Assembly (NCBI GenBank): GCA_963734535.1 | Contig: CAVTHS010000002.1 | Coordinates: 192,001-256,000, forward strand | DNA: 64,000 nucleotides | Direction of reading: 5' to 3' | DNA from: an uncultured Chloroflexia bacterium | GTDB taxonomy: Bacteria; Chloroflexota; Limnocylindria; Limnocylindrales; CSP1-4 | Shown: positions 49,738 to 58,920 of the stretch, one piece after another | Position numbering within the stretch: position 1 is the stretch's first letter | Layout: the number at the start of each line of letters is the position of its first letter | Position numbers and translations under genes: made by a program | Notes under the pieces: model-generated | The model's input: only the letters and a program-made list of their open reading frames with translations | Database searches by the model: none | Told to the model about the DNA's origin: nothing

Positions 49738-50477
49738 ATCCAATTCGACTCGGCCGCTCGCTCCGCGTCATCCGGCGCTCGCGCGGACTGCGGCAGCTCG
49801 ACGTCGCGAAGGCTGGCGGCGTCTCGCAGACGCTGGTCTCGGCGATCGAGCGCGGCCATGGCCAGCATGTCGCCGTAGCGACGCTGGCGCGCGTGTTCGC
49901 CGCCCTCGACGCCGACGTCGAGCTCGTGGTGCGCTATCGCGGCGGGACGCTCGACCGGTTGCTCGACGAGCGCCATGCGGCGACAGTCGCAGCCGTGATG
50001 GCCACCCTGGGCGCACGCCGGTGGTTGACCGCCGCCGAAGTCACGTTCAACCATTACGGCGAGCGTGGATCGATCGACGTCCTGGCGGTCCACCCGGTCG
50101 CGGGCATCGCCCTCGTCGTCGAGGTCAAGACCGAGATCACCTCGGCCGAGGAGACGCTGCGCCGCCTCGACGTCAAGGTCCGCCTCGGGGCCGGGCTCGC
50201 GCGGGAGCGGTTCCGCCTGCCGGTGACCCGCGTCGTTCCTCTCCTCGCGGTCCTCGACTCCACCGCCAACCGAAGCCGGGTCTCGCGTCTCGCGCCCCTG
50301 CTCGATCCTGCGTTCCCGAACCGATCGGCGGACCTGCGCCACTGGCTCGCGAACCCAGCGACGGCGCCCGGCGGGCTCCTTTTCGTCCGGATTTCGCGCG
50401 GTAGTGCTGGTGGTGCTGGTATGTCGGGATCGCACCGCGTTCGACGGCGGGTCACCGTTGTCGCCAGCCAGCCCTGA
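49734..50477 (+). CDS. XRE-type HTH fused to a PD-(D/E)XK nuclease-like domain
   Basis: LRVIRRSRGLRQLDVAKAGGVSQTLVSAIERG (HTH); AEVTF...GSIDVLAVHP...LVVEVKT (E..D..ExK). Confidence 0.8.
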   Translation: MDPIRLGRSLRVIRRSRGLRQLDVAKAGGVSQTLVSAIERGHGQHVAVATLARVFAALDADVELVVRYRGGTLDRLLDERHAATVAAVMATLGARRWLTAAEVTFNHYGERGSIDVLAVHPVAGIALVVEVKTEITSAEETLRRLDVKVRLGAGLARERFRLPVTRVVPLLAVLDSTANRSRVSRLAPLLDPAFPNRSADLRHWLANPATAPGGLLFVRISRGSAGGAGMSGSHRVRRRVTVVASQP

Positions 50478-50529
50478 GCACGAATCGGGATTGGAGGGCG
50501 GGCATGAAGCCCACGATGGCATCGCGAGC

Positions 50530-50731
50530 CGCGCTTACCAGCACCGGGGGTGCTGCCGCGGGCGGGATGGGGACAGTCGGCGCGCTTACCAGCACCCGGA
50601 GTGCTGCCGCGGGCGGGACGCGGGCAGTGGCGCGCTTACCAGCACCGGGAGTGCTGCCGCGGGCGGGATTGGGACGCCGGCGCGCTTACCAGCACCGGGA
50701 CTGCTGCCGCGGGCGGGACGCGGGCGCGCGG
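50530..50731 (+). repeat. Right tandem array, four units of 50-51 bp
   Basis: 38-nt core CGCGCTTACCAGCACCGGGAGTGCTGCCGCGGGCGGGA at 50530, 50581, 50631 and 50681, each followed by a 12-13-nt variable linker. Confidence 0.95.
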
Positions 50732-50774
50732 CGCGCGGCGCACGCCACCAGCCGCGGCCCGCAGACGTCCCGGG

Positions 50775-52341
50775 TCAGCCCCCTGGGGTGGTTCCGGCCG
50801 TTGCCGCCGCCGGGGCGAGCGACGCCGCCGGGGCGAGCGACTCGTCCGTGGGTGGGTACTCGCCGCGCAGCCACGCGTCGACCGACGCCGCCGCGCGCTT
50901 GCCGTCGCCCATCGCGAGGATGACCGTGGCCGCCCCGCGCACGATGTCGCCGCCGGCGAAGACGCCCGGCAGCGACGACATCCCGTGCTCGTCGGTGACG
51001 ATGTAGCCGGCCTGGTTGAGCGCGAGGTCCGGCTCGGATGCGGTCAGCAGCGGATTGGAGCGCGTCCCGATCGCGACCACGACCATCTCGCAATCGATGA
51101 CGAACTCGGAGCCCTCGATCGGGATCGGGCGGCGCCTGCCGGACGCGTCGGGCTCGCCGAGCTCCATCCGGATGCAGCGGAGACCGGTCACCCAGCGGTT
51201 CTCGTCGGCCAGCACCTCGAGGGGCGCGACCTGCAGCTCGAAGCGGATTCCCTCCTGCTCCGCGTGGTGGACCTCCTCGGCCCGGGCGGGGAGCTCGGCC
51301 TTGCCGCGCCGGTAGACGATCGTCGCCTCGTCCGCGCCGAGCCGCTTCGCGGTCCGGACCGAATCCATGGCGACGTTTCCCCCTCCGACCACGACGACCC
51401 GGTGGCCCTTGAGGACCGGCGTGTCGGATTCGGGGTTCCAGGCGCCCATGAGATTGACGCGCGTCAGGTACTCGTTGGCCGAGTAGACGCCCTTGTAGTT
51501 CTCGCCGGGGACGTTCATGAATACCGGCAGGCCGGCGCCCACCGCCAGGAAGACGGCGTCGAACCGCTCGCGCAGCTCCCGCAGCGTGTACGTGCGCCCG
51601 ATGATCGCGTTCGTCTCGATCTTCACGCCCGACGCCACCAGCCGGTCGACCTCCTGCTGGACGATGTCCTTCGGGAGCCGGAACTCGGGAATTCCATAGA
51701 TGAGGACACCGCCGGCCGCGTGGAACGCCTCGAACACCGTGACGTCGTGGCCCTGCTTCACGAGCTCGCCGGCCGCGGTCAGGCCGGCCGGCCCGGAGCC
51801 GACGACCGCGACCGAACGACCCGACGACGTCGGCGCGTTGGCCTTCGAGCGCGTCAGGGTGCTCCATCGCCCAGTCGGCCACGAAGCGCTCGAGGGAGCC
51901 GATGGCGACGGACGCACCCTTCTTCGAGCGAACGCAGCGACCCTCGCACTGGATCTCCTGGGGACAGACCCGGCCCGTCACGCACGGGAGCGCGTTGTCG
52001 TCGAGCAGCGAGGCCGCGGCGCCGTCCATGTCCCCGACGCGGAGCCGCTCGATGAAGAGCGGGATGTTCACCCGGACGGGGCACCCCTCGATGCAGACCG
52101 GGTTCTTGCACTGGAGGCAGCGCTCCGCCTCGAGCATGGCGAGCTGCTGCGAGTAGCCGAGGTTCACCTCGCGGAAATTGGCCGCGCGCAGGAGCGCGTC
52201 CTGCTCCGGCATGTGGCTCCGGTCGATGGTCATCCGCTCCTTGGGGGAAAGCGGGTGGTCGAACGCCGGGGTGAAGGTCGGGTCGCCGAGGGCCGCGTCC
52301 GGTTCCCCCATCCCGGAGGCCGGGGTCGGCTGGTCCGTCAT
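50775..52341 (-). CDS. nfnB: NfnB/SudA-like large subunit (GltD family) with apparent +1 frameshift near 51843
   Basis: RCLQC..CIEGCP, GRVCPQE.QCE in one frame; GSGPAGL, YGIPEFRLP, GGGNVAMD, FAGGDI in the next; ATGA-coupled to nfnA. Confidence 0.85.
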
Positions 52342-53324
52342 GCGCGCGGCTCCCCGGCTGCGGCGGCTGCCTCCTGCCGCTCGGCGGCGGTCGCGAGGCC
52401 CGGGATCAGGCAGCTGCCCTCCGGCGCGTGGATCGGCGCCGAGCCGGACACGCCCGCCGAGAGCGCCGAGTCCGCAGAGCCCGGTGCCGCCGTCTGCGCC
52501 CCGGCCCGGCGAATGCGCGCCACCTCGAGCGCATGCGCCTCGAAGTCCCGGTAGGTGCCGAGCCGATCGGCAAGCTCGCGGAAGTCGACCTGGTGGGCGT
52601 CGAACTCGGGCCCGTCGACGCAGGCATAGACCGTCTTGCCGCCGACGGCGACACGGCACCCGCCGCACATGCCCGTCCCGTCGAGCATGATCGCGTTGAG
52701 CGACGCGAAGGTCGGGACATCGTACGGCCGGGTGAGCTCGGCGACCGCCCGCATCATCGGGACCGGGCCGACCGCGTAGACCGCGTCCACGCCGCCCGCC
52801 TCGATCACCTCGCGGAGCGCGTCCGTGACGAAGCCATGACGCCCGTAGCTGCCGTCATCCGTGCACGTGATGACGCGGCCGGCGCGGCGGAGCTCGTCTT
52901 CGAAGATGACCCATTCCTTCGATCGCCCGCCGATGACGCTGATCACCTCGACCCCGAGCGCGGCCAGCCCGAGCGCGATCGGGTGCACGACCGCCGTCCC
53001 GACGCCGCCGCCGACGCAGACGGCGCGCCCGTGGTCGAGCAGCTCGGTTGCCTTGCCCAGCGGACCGGCGACGTCCGCGATCGCCTCGCCGGGCCGCAGC
53101 GCCACGAGGTCCTCGGTGCTCTTGCCGACGGCCTGGATCACGAGCGTGATCGTGCCGCGCTCCGGATCCGCGTCCGCGATCGTGAGCGGGATCCGCTCGG
53201 CGCCGGGAGCGCGGTGGACGATGACGAACTGGCCGGGCCGGCGAATCGCCGCGATTCGCGGCGCCTCGATGACGAGGCGGGTCACGTTCGGCGAGAGCTG
53301 GGCCGTGTCAATGACGGTGTGCAT
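52338..53324 (-). CDS. nfnA: NfnA/SudB-like FAD/[2Fe-2S] small subunit
   Basis: PGQFVI, ERIPLTIAD, GPLG, GGGVG, DGTGMCGGCRV, CVDGPEF. Confidence 0.88.
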   Translation of the reverse strand: MHTVIDTAQLSPNVTRLVIEAPRIAAIRRPGQFVIVHRAPGAERIPLTIADADPERGTITLVIQAVGKSTEDLVALRPGEAIADVAGPLGKATELLDHGRAVCVGGGVGTAVVHPIALGLAALGVEVISVIGGRSKEWVIFEDELRRAGRVITCTDDGSYGRHGFVTDALREVIEAGGVDAVYAVGPVPMMRAVAELTRPYDVPTFASLNAIMLDGTGMCGGCRVAVGGKTVYACVDGPEFDAHQVDFRELADRLGTYRDFEAHALEVARIRRAGAQTAAPGSADSALSAGVSGSAPIHAPEGSCLIPGLATAAERQEAAAAAGEPRA

Positions 53325-53552
53325 CGGGGCTCCGGAGCGGGGTGGGCATGTTCGACTCCACTATGCACCGCACGCAGGGATTCGATGCATGCGCAAGGGT
53401 GCATGGATCGAGGGGCCGAAAGTCACATCGCCGAGGTGACCGAACCGGCCCGAAGCAGGTGCTGGTTCGGGCCGAATGCGCCGCACCCGGCGCCCGCCGA
53501 CCGGCGGCGTGACCGCGCCCGCCGAGCGGCCCTTGTCAGCCGCCGAGCAGGG

Positions 53553-53774
53553 TCAGATCGCGACCGCCGCCACCGCCGCCGTCGACCTGGAGGCGGCGAC
53601 GATCGCCTCGGTCGGGCAGATCTCGACGCCGACGCATCCGCCCGTCGTGATGCAGTCCGTGCACACGGCGGGGTCGACGACGTAGACCTCGCCCGCCTTC
53701 GAGATCGCCCCACATGGGCACTCCGGCTCGCAGTTCCCGCAGCCGATGCAGTCGTCGGTGATCGCGCTTGCCAT
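53553..53774 (-). CDS. 2[4Fe-4S]-type ferredoxin
   Basis: CIGCGNCEPECP and CTDC..C..CP; ATG at 53774. Confidence 0.85.
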   Translation of the reverse strand: MASAITDDCIGCGNCEPECPCGAISKAGEVYVVDPAVCTDCITTGGCVGVEICPTEAIVAASRSTAAVAAVAI

Positions 53775-53787
53775 GTGCGTGCCCTCT

Positions 53788-54225
53788 CTAGAGCGCGGCG
53801 ACGGCCGGGCCGCCTGCCGCGTCGCCCGGGCCGGGGGGACTGCCGGCGGGCTGCTGCTGATGCCATTCCTGGTGCCCGGGCCGCGGCGCGCCCGGCGCCG
53901 CCCCGGTGTGGAGGTGAACCCGGGGCGCATCCACCGACATGTGGAGGCTGTCCTTGTTGCACGCGTCGACGCACACGCCGCAGGCGATGCAGCGGAGCTG
54001 CTCGATGGCGAAGAAGCGATCCTCCCGCGAGCAGGTCAGCGCCAGGGTCGGGCAGCGCCTGACGCAGAGCCCGCAGAAGACGCACGTGTCCAGGTCGAAC
54101 TCGATCGTCCCGCGGGTCCCGGCGAAATGCGGCCGGGTCTCGCTGGGGTAGCGACGCGTGGCCGGTCGCGACACGAGGTTGCGCAGCGAGCGGCCGACCA
54201 TGGGGAGGTTGAAGGGGTTGGCCAT
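53788..54225 (-). CDS. echF: Ech hydrogenase subunit F (2x[4Fe-4S])
   Basis: PATRRYP, CVFCGLCVRRCP, CIACGVCVDAC. Confidence 0.88.
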   Translation of the reverse strand: MANPFNLPMVGRSLRNLVSRPATRRYPSETRPHFAGTRGTIEFDLDTCVFCGLCVRRCPTLALTCSREDRFFAIEQLRCIACGVCVDACNKDSLHMSVDAPRVHLHTGAAPGAPRPGHQEWHQQQPAGSPPGPGDAAGGPAVAAL

Positions 54226-54226
54226 C

Positions 54227-55312
54227 TCAGCGCTCCGTGCAGCTGATGCAGGGGTCGATCGTCATGATGATGTTCGGCACGTCCGCGAGGTCGCAGCCCT
54301 TGACCAGCTTGATCATGGCCGGGATGTTCGCGAAGGTCGGCGTGCGGGCCCGGAACCGCTCCAGGTTCTTCGTGCCGTTGGCCTTGATGTAGTAGATGAC
54401 CTCGCCCCGAGGCTGCTCGAGCCGCTCGAACGTCTCCCCGGTCGGGTTGCCGCGCACCTTCACGTCGATCGGGGCACCGTCGCCCTTCGGCATCCGCTCG
54501 ACGGCCTGGCGGATCAGCTCGATCGACTGCGTGATCTCGCGCACGCGCACGACGACCCGGGCAAGGCAGTCCCCGGCCGTCTCGAGGACCGGTTCGAAAT
54601 CGAGCCGGTCGTAGAAGTGCGTCCCGGTGAGCCGCGTATCGAGGGCGATGCCGGACGCGCGGGCCATCGGGCCGACCGCGTCCACCGCGTGCGCATCCTC
54701 CCGGCTCAGGACGCCGACGCCGGACAGGCGATGCCGGATCGACGGGTCCGTCTCGAAGATGCGGGCGGTCTCGGTGAAGCCGGCCCCGAGCTCCTGCAGC
54801 GTCGCCACGATCGCGGCGAGCTCGGAGTCCTCGATGTCGCGGCGCACGCCGCCGATCTTGTTGACCGAGAAGATGATCCGGCCGCCGGTCGTCTTCTCGA
54901 AGATGTCGAGGACCTGCTCGCGCGTCCGCCAGCAGTGCATGAAGAGGTTCTCGAAGCCGAACGCATCGGCACCGAGGCCCAGCCACAGCAGGTGGCTGTG
55001 GACGCGCGACATCTCGGCCCAGATCAGGCGCAGCCAGCTGGCCCGCTCCGGGACCTCCACGGCCATGATCTTCTCCATGGCCACGGCGTAGCCCATGCCG
55101 TGCATGAAGCTGCAGATTCCGCAGATGCGCTCCACGACGTAGCCGAACTCGCCGAACTCGATTCGCTCGACGAGCGCCTCCAGGCCGCGATGGATGTAGC
55201 CGATGGTGGGGATCGCGTCCACGACCTTTTCGTCCTCGAGGACGAGGTCGAGCACGAGCGGCTCGGGCAGCACCGGGTGCTGGGGCCCCATCGGGACGAC
55301 GGTGCGCTTCAT
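54227..55312 (-). CDS. echE: Group 4 [NiFe] hydrogenase large subunit EchE
   Basis: GPQHPVLPEP, L1 ERICGICS, L2 DPCISCTER at the extreme C-terminus with no cleavable tail. Confidence 0.93.
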   Translation of the reverse strand: MKRTVVPMGPQHPVLPEPLVLDLVLEDEKVVDAIPTIGYIHRGLEALVERIEFGEFGYVVERICGICSFMHGMGYAVAMEKIMAVEVPERASWLRLIWAEMSRVHSHLLWLGLGADAFGFENLFMHCWRTREQVLDIFEKTTGGRIIFSVNKIGGVRRDIEDSELAAIVATLQELGAGFTETARIFETDPSIRHRLSGVGVLSREDAHAVDAVGPMARASGIALDTRLTGTHFYDRLDFEPVLETAGDCLARVVVRVREITQSIELIRQAVERMPKGDGAPIDVKVRGNPTGETFERLEQPRGEVIYYIKANGTKNLERFRARTPTFANIPAMIKLVKGCDLADVPNIIMTIDPCISCTER

Positions 55313-55704
55313 GCCTTCTTGCCCGCGTGGTCCTTGCCCAGCGCGTCGAGGCGTGCGCGGATCGCGCTCGGCGAGAACGGCACGATGGTCGAGGTCTTGT
55401 AGAGCTGGCCCTTCAGGTCGAGCGCGATCCCGGTGACGTTGACCCCGAAGAGCTCCCGCATCTCGTTCTCGTAGAGGAACGCGGCACCGAAAAAGGCCGA
55501 GATGCTCGGGACCTCCTCGCCGGGGAGGACGTGCTCGCGGAGATGCTCGAGCCTTCCGTCGTCCTGCGCGAACGACCAGCTGATGTCGAAGGCGCCGCCT
55601 TCGGCCTCCTCCGAGGGCAGGATCGAGGTCGTGTTGATGATCGCCAGCCGCCAGCCGTCCCGCTGGTAGGCGCCGACCCGGTCGAGGAATGCCTGGGGGT
55701 CCAT
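55309..55704 (-). CDS. echD: Ech subunit D (NuoC-like)
   Basis: VPSISAFF.AAFLYENEMRELFGV. Confidence 0.85.
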   Translation of the reverse strand: MDPQAFLDRVGAYQRDGWRLAIINTTSILPSEEAEGGAFDISWSFAQDDGRLEHLREHVLPGEEVPSISAFFGAAFLYENEMRELFGVNVTGIALDLKGQLYKTSTIVPFSPSAIRARLDALGKDHAGKKA

Positions 55705-56129
55705 CACGCGGTCCGCCTTCGCTTCTGCTCGAGCGCCGCGATGCCCTGGACCACGCCGTCGATGATGCTCTCTGGGCGGGCGGCGCAGCCGGGAACGTAG
55801 ACGTCCACCGGCACGACCTGGTCGATGCCGCCCTGGATGTTGTAGGCGCGGGCGAAGATGCCGCCCGAGCAGGCGCAGGCCCCAACCGCGACGACGACCT
55901 TCGGGTCGGGCATCTGGCGGTGGAGGTTCTGGATGATCTCGACGTTCCGCTCGTTGACGCTGCCGGTCACCAGCAGGATGTCGGCGTGCTTCGGGTTGCC
56001 GGTGTTCACGACCCCGAACCGCTCGACGTCGTACAGCGGGGTGAGGCACGCGAGGACCTCGATGTCGCAGCCGTTGCAGCTCGACCCGTCGTAGTGAAGG
56101 ATCCAGGGCGAGCGCTTGAAGAGGGACAT
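55704..56129 (-). CDS. echC: Ech small subunit C (NuoB-like)
   Basis: SCNGCDIE, NPKHADILLVTG, VGACACSGG, YVPGCAARPE. Confidence 0.92.
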   Translation of the reverse strand: MSLFKRSPWILHYDGSSCNGCDIEVLACLTPLYDVERFGVVNTGNPKHADILLVTGSVNERNVEIIQNLHRQMPDPKVVVAVGACACSGGIFARAYNIQGGIDQVVPVDVYVPGCAARPESIIDGVVQGIAALEQKRRRTA

Positions 56130-56134
56130 CGGAC

Positions 56135-56989
56135 TCACCTGCCCACGAGGAAGAGCGCGAGCACGTTGCCGCCGGTGAGCAGCAGGGTGACGACCCACGT
56201 CGATCGCAGGACCAGCTGCCACTTCGCCCGCGAGGTCGAGTTGTCGACCAGGATCTCAAGGCCGTAGGCGATCGCGAAGGCGAGCAGCCCGAGCGGCACG
56301 CTCCAGTTGAAGAAGAGCACGACGAAGGCGCACAGCAGCGCCGACTCGTACCAGTGGGCCAGCTCGACGTAGGCGAGCAGGCGCCCCGACATGTCCGAGG
56401 TCAGCCCGCTCACCAGCTCCTGGTGCGGGTGATGGGAGGTCGAGATGTCGAAGGGCGACTTGCGGAGCTTGATCGTGGCCACGAACAGGAAGGCGAGGAC
56501 CACGCCGGGCAGCTGCAGCGCGACCAGCACGGGCGAGGCGAGGACACCCCCGAACGTGCTCTCCCCGGTCACCTTGCAGATGGCCGCCAGCATGAGGATG
56601 AAGAACGGCTCGGATGCCAGCAGGACCACCAGCTCGCGCTCCGCCCCCGCGAAGCTGTAGGGCGAGTTGACCGAGCCTGCCGCGAGGACCAGGCAGAGGG
56701 CGGCGAGGGCGAACACGAACGCGGTGAAGATGAGGTCGGTGCCGCCGACGGCCATCGCCCCTGCCGCGGCCATGAATCCCAGGTGGCCCAGGAGCAGCGG
56801 CTCCACGATCGGGTTGACCTGCCGCGCCTCCTTCTGGAAGAGCTTGCCCACGTCGTAGAAGGGCTGGAGGAGCGGCGGCCCAACGCGGCCCTGCATCCGG
56901 GCGCTGACGATCCGGTCGACCCCGGCGAGGAGGCCGCCGAAGAGCGGCGCGACGACGACGAACACGAAGCCCCAGACGATCGGGTTCAT
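56135..56989 (-). CDS. echB: Ech membrane subunit B (NuoH-like)
   Basis: DRIVSARMQGRVGPPLLQPFYDV.KL, KSPFDIS, HQELVSG. Confidence 0.9.
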   Translation of the reverse strand: MNPIVWGFVFVVVAPLFGGLLAGVDRIVSARMQGRVGPPLLQPFYDVGKLFQKEARQVNPIVEPLLLGHLGFMAAAGAMAVGGTDLIFTAFVFALAALCLVLAAGSVNSPYSFAGAERELVVLLASEPFFILMLAAICKVTGESTFGGVLASPVLVALQLPGVVLAFLFVATIKLRKSPFDISTSHHPHQELVSGLTSDMSGRLLAYVELAHWYESALLCAFVVLFFNWSVPLGLLAFAIAYGLEILVDNSTSRAKWQLVLRSTWVVTLLLTGGNVLALFLVGR

Positions 56990-58917
56990 CGGGCCACCAC
57001 CAGCGCGACGAGGCCCGCGGTGGCCAGGACGACCCCGCACACGAGCGTGCCGGCCCGGAACACGAGCGCCCCGTCGATGACGCCGTCGAGGTAGTAGTTG
57101 CGCAGGGTCACGGTCCGTGTCCCACCGAGCGCCGCGCCCATCAGGTGGCCGGCGTTCGCGCTTCGTCCGCTCGTGTAGAAGTCCGCCTGGTCGTAGCCCG
57201 ACCGGCGCGAGGACCAGAGGGCGAGCGCCGGCAGGAAGAGCACGGCGACCAGCATCACGACGACCATCGCCGGGTCGAGGTGGAGGAAGACCACGGGAGC
57301 GGCCGAGAAGGCGGTCAGCGCGTACGGACCCACGACGTGCTCGGAGATCAGGCCCAGCCCGGCTGCAATGCCGATCACGCCGACGGCGAGGACGACCTCG
57401 GCGAACCACTCGTAGCGGGTCACCCGCGCCTCGACCGAGCGCTCGTACGGCTCGATGCTGCGCATCGAGAGCACCTTGATGAGGAGCTTGCCCCAGTAGA
57501 AGATCGTGAGCGAGCTCCCGAAGGCCATGATGATCAGGAACGCCGCGCCGGCGAAGCCGGGGACGTCGAGGAACGCGCGGATCGCGGTCCACTTGGCCAC
57601 CACGATGCCGAACGGCGCGATGAACATCCCGGCGATCCCCGTCAGGGCGAGCACGCTGACCCGCGGCATCCGGCTCAGGAGCGTGTCGAAGTTCTCCATG
57701 TCCTTCGTGTAGAGCCGGTTCTCCAGCGTGCCGACCACGAGGAAGAGGAGCGCCTTGGCGACCGCGTGGAAGATCACGATCATCACGCCCACCCAGACGA
57801 GCTCGGGCGTGCCGATCCCCGCGCAGCCGACGATCAGGCCCAGGCTGCCGATCGTCGAGTAGGCGAGCACCTTCTTCGTGTTCTGCTCGGTCACCGCGAC
57901 CAGCGAGACGAACAGGAAGGTCAGCAGCCCGACGAACGCCACCAGCGTCCCGACCGCGGAGCCGGCCATGGCCGGCGACAGGCGCAGCAGGAGGAAGACG
58001 CCCGCCTTGACCATCGTGCTCGAGTGGAGCAGCGCGGAGGTCGGGGATGGGGCGTACATCGCGCCAAGGAGCCAGGACGAGAACGGCATCTGGGCGCTCT
58101 TCGTGATCCCTGCCAGCGAGATCAGGGCAATCGCGGGAAGGAGGGCCGCCGCGGCCGGGCCGGCAGTCAGCTTCGCCAGGTCGAGGCCGTCGGGCTGGCC
58201 GGCCAGCAGCAGGATGGCGACCGAGAAGCCCAGCCCGCCGAGCAGGTTCATGTTCAGCGCGTCGAAGGCGTAGCCGACCGTCTCCTTCGTGCGGGTGTAC
58301 CCGATCAGGAGGAAGGAGCACAGCGTCGTGATCTCCCAGAAGACGTGCAGCATCGGCAGGTCGTTGGACACCACGAGCCCGAACATCGACGCGAGGAACA
58401 GGAAGAGCAGGAAGAAGAACGAGGTGCGCCGGCCGCCGATCTGCGGGTTCGAGCGCTGGTAGTCGCGCATGTAGCCGAGGGCGTGGATGCAGATGAGGGG
58501 CCCGATGATCCCGATCACGAGCACCATCACCATCGTGAGCCGGTCGAACCAGAAGAGTCGCTGCGGGTCGGGATCGGGCAGGTGGCCGCCGAGGTCGAGG
58601 TAGAGGGCGATCCCCAGCTGGGCGAGGGCCATGATCGGCGCCAGGACCCGCCTGTTCTGGAGGCTGACCACCACGATGAAGATGGCGATCATGGCCTCCA
58701 TGACCAGGATCGCGTGCCCTGGGGTCAGGCCACCGGGCAGGCCGAAGAAGACCGCATCCCCGTTGCCGAACGTGAACACGGTGACCAGCGCGGCCGCAGC
58801 GACCACGCCGCAGGCCGCGACCACGATCGTGTTCCGGACGGCGCCTTTCGTCACGACGAGGAGCACGCCGCTGACCACGAGCGGGAAGGCGACCAGGAAG
58901 ACGATCAGCGGGCTCAT
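56986..58917 (-). CDS. echA: Ech membrane antiporter-like subunit A (NuoL-like)
   Basis: FWEITTLCSFLLIGY, KSAQMPFSSWLLGAM.AP.PTSALLHSSTMVKAG, HAVAKALLFL. Confidence 0.92.
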   Translation of the reverse strand: MSPLIVFLVAFPLVVSGVLLVVTKGAVRNTIVVAACGVVAAAALVTVFTFGNGDAVFFGLPGGLTPGHAILVMEAMIAIFIVVVSLQNRRVLAPIMALAQLGIALYLDLGGHLPDPDPQRLFWFDRLTMVMVLVIGIIGPLICIHALGYMRDYQRSNPQIGGRRTSFFFLLFLFLASMFGLVVSNDLPMLHVFWEITTLCSFLLIGYTRTKETVGYAFDALNMNLLGGLGFSVAILLLAGQPDGLDLAKLTAGPAAAALLPAIALISLAGITKSAQMPFSSWLLGAMYAPSPTSALLHSSTMVKAGVFLLLRLSPAMAGSAVGTLVAFVGLLTFLFVSLVAVTEQNTKKVLAYSTIGSLGLIVGCAGIGTPELVWVGVMIVIFHAVAKALLFLVVGTLENRLYTKDMENFDTLLSRMPRVSVLALTGIAGMFIAPFGIVVAKWTAIRAFLDVPGFAGAAFLIIMAFGSSLTIFYWGKLLIKVLSMRSIEPYERSVEARVTRYEWFAEVVLAVGVIGIAAGLGLISEHVVGPYALTAFSAAPVVFLHLDPAMVVVMLVAVLFLPALALWSSRRSGYDQADFYTSGRSANAGHLMGAALGGTRTVTLRNYYLDGVIDGALVFRAGTLVCGVVLATAGLVALVVAR

Positions 58918-58920
58918 CGG

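Noticed and set aside
50530-50731. CRISPR array call for the right repeat array
   Set aside because: The variable segments are only 12-13 nt and resemble one another, and there are no cas genes or AT-rich leader in the window.
49538-50731. TIGR-Tas or RAYT/REPIN assignment
   Set aside because: I saw no Nop-domain or HUH (Y1) motif in the enclosed ORF, and the period does not fit those arrays as I know them.
50775-52341. Glutamate synthase small subunit (gltD)
   Set aside because: No gltB is adjacent, and it is coupled to an NfnA-type gene, which favours NfnAB.
54227-58917. Complex I (nuo) operon
   Set aside because: The large subunit has both NiFe CxxC motifs, and the six-gene set matches Ech.
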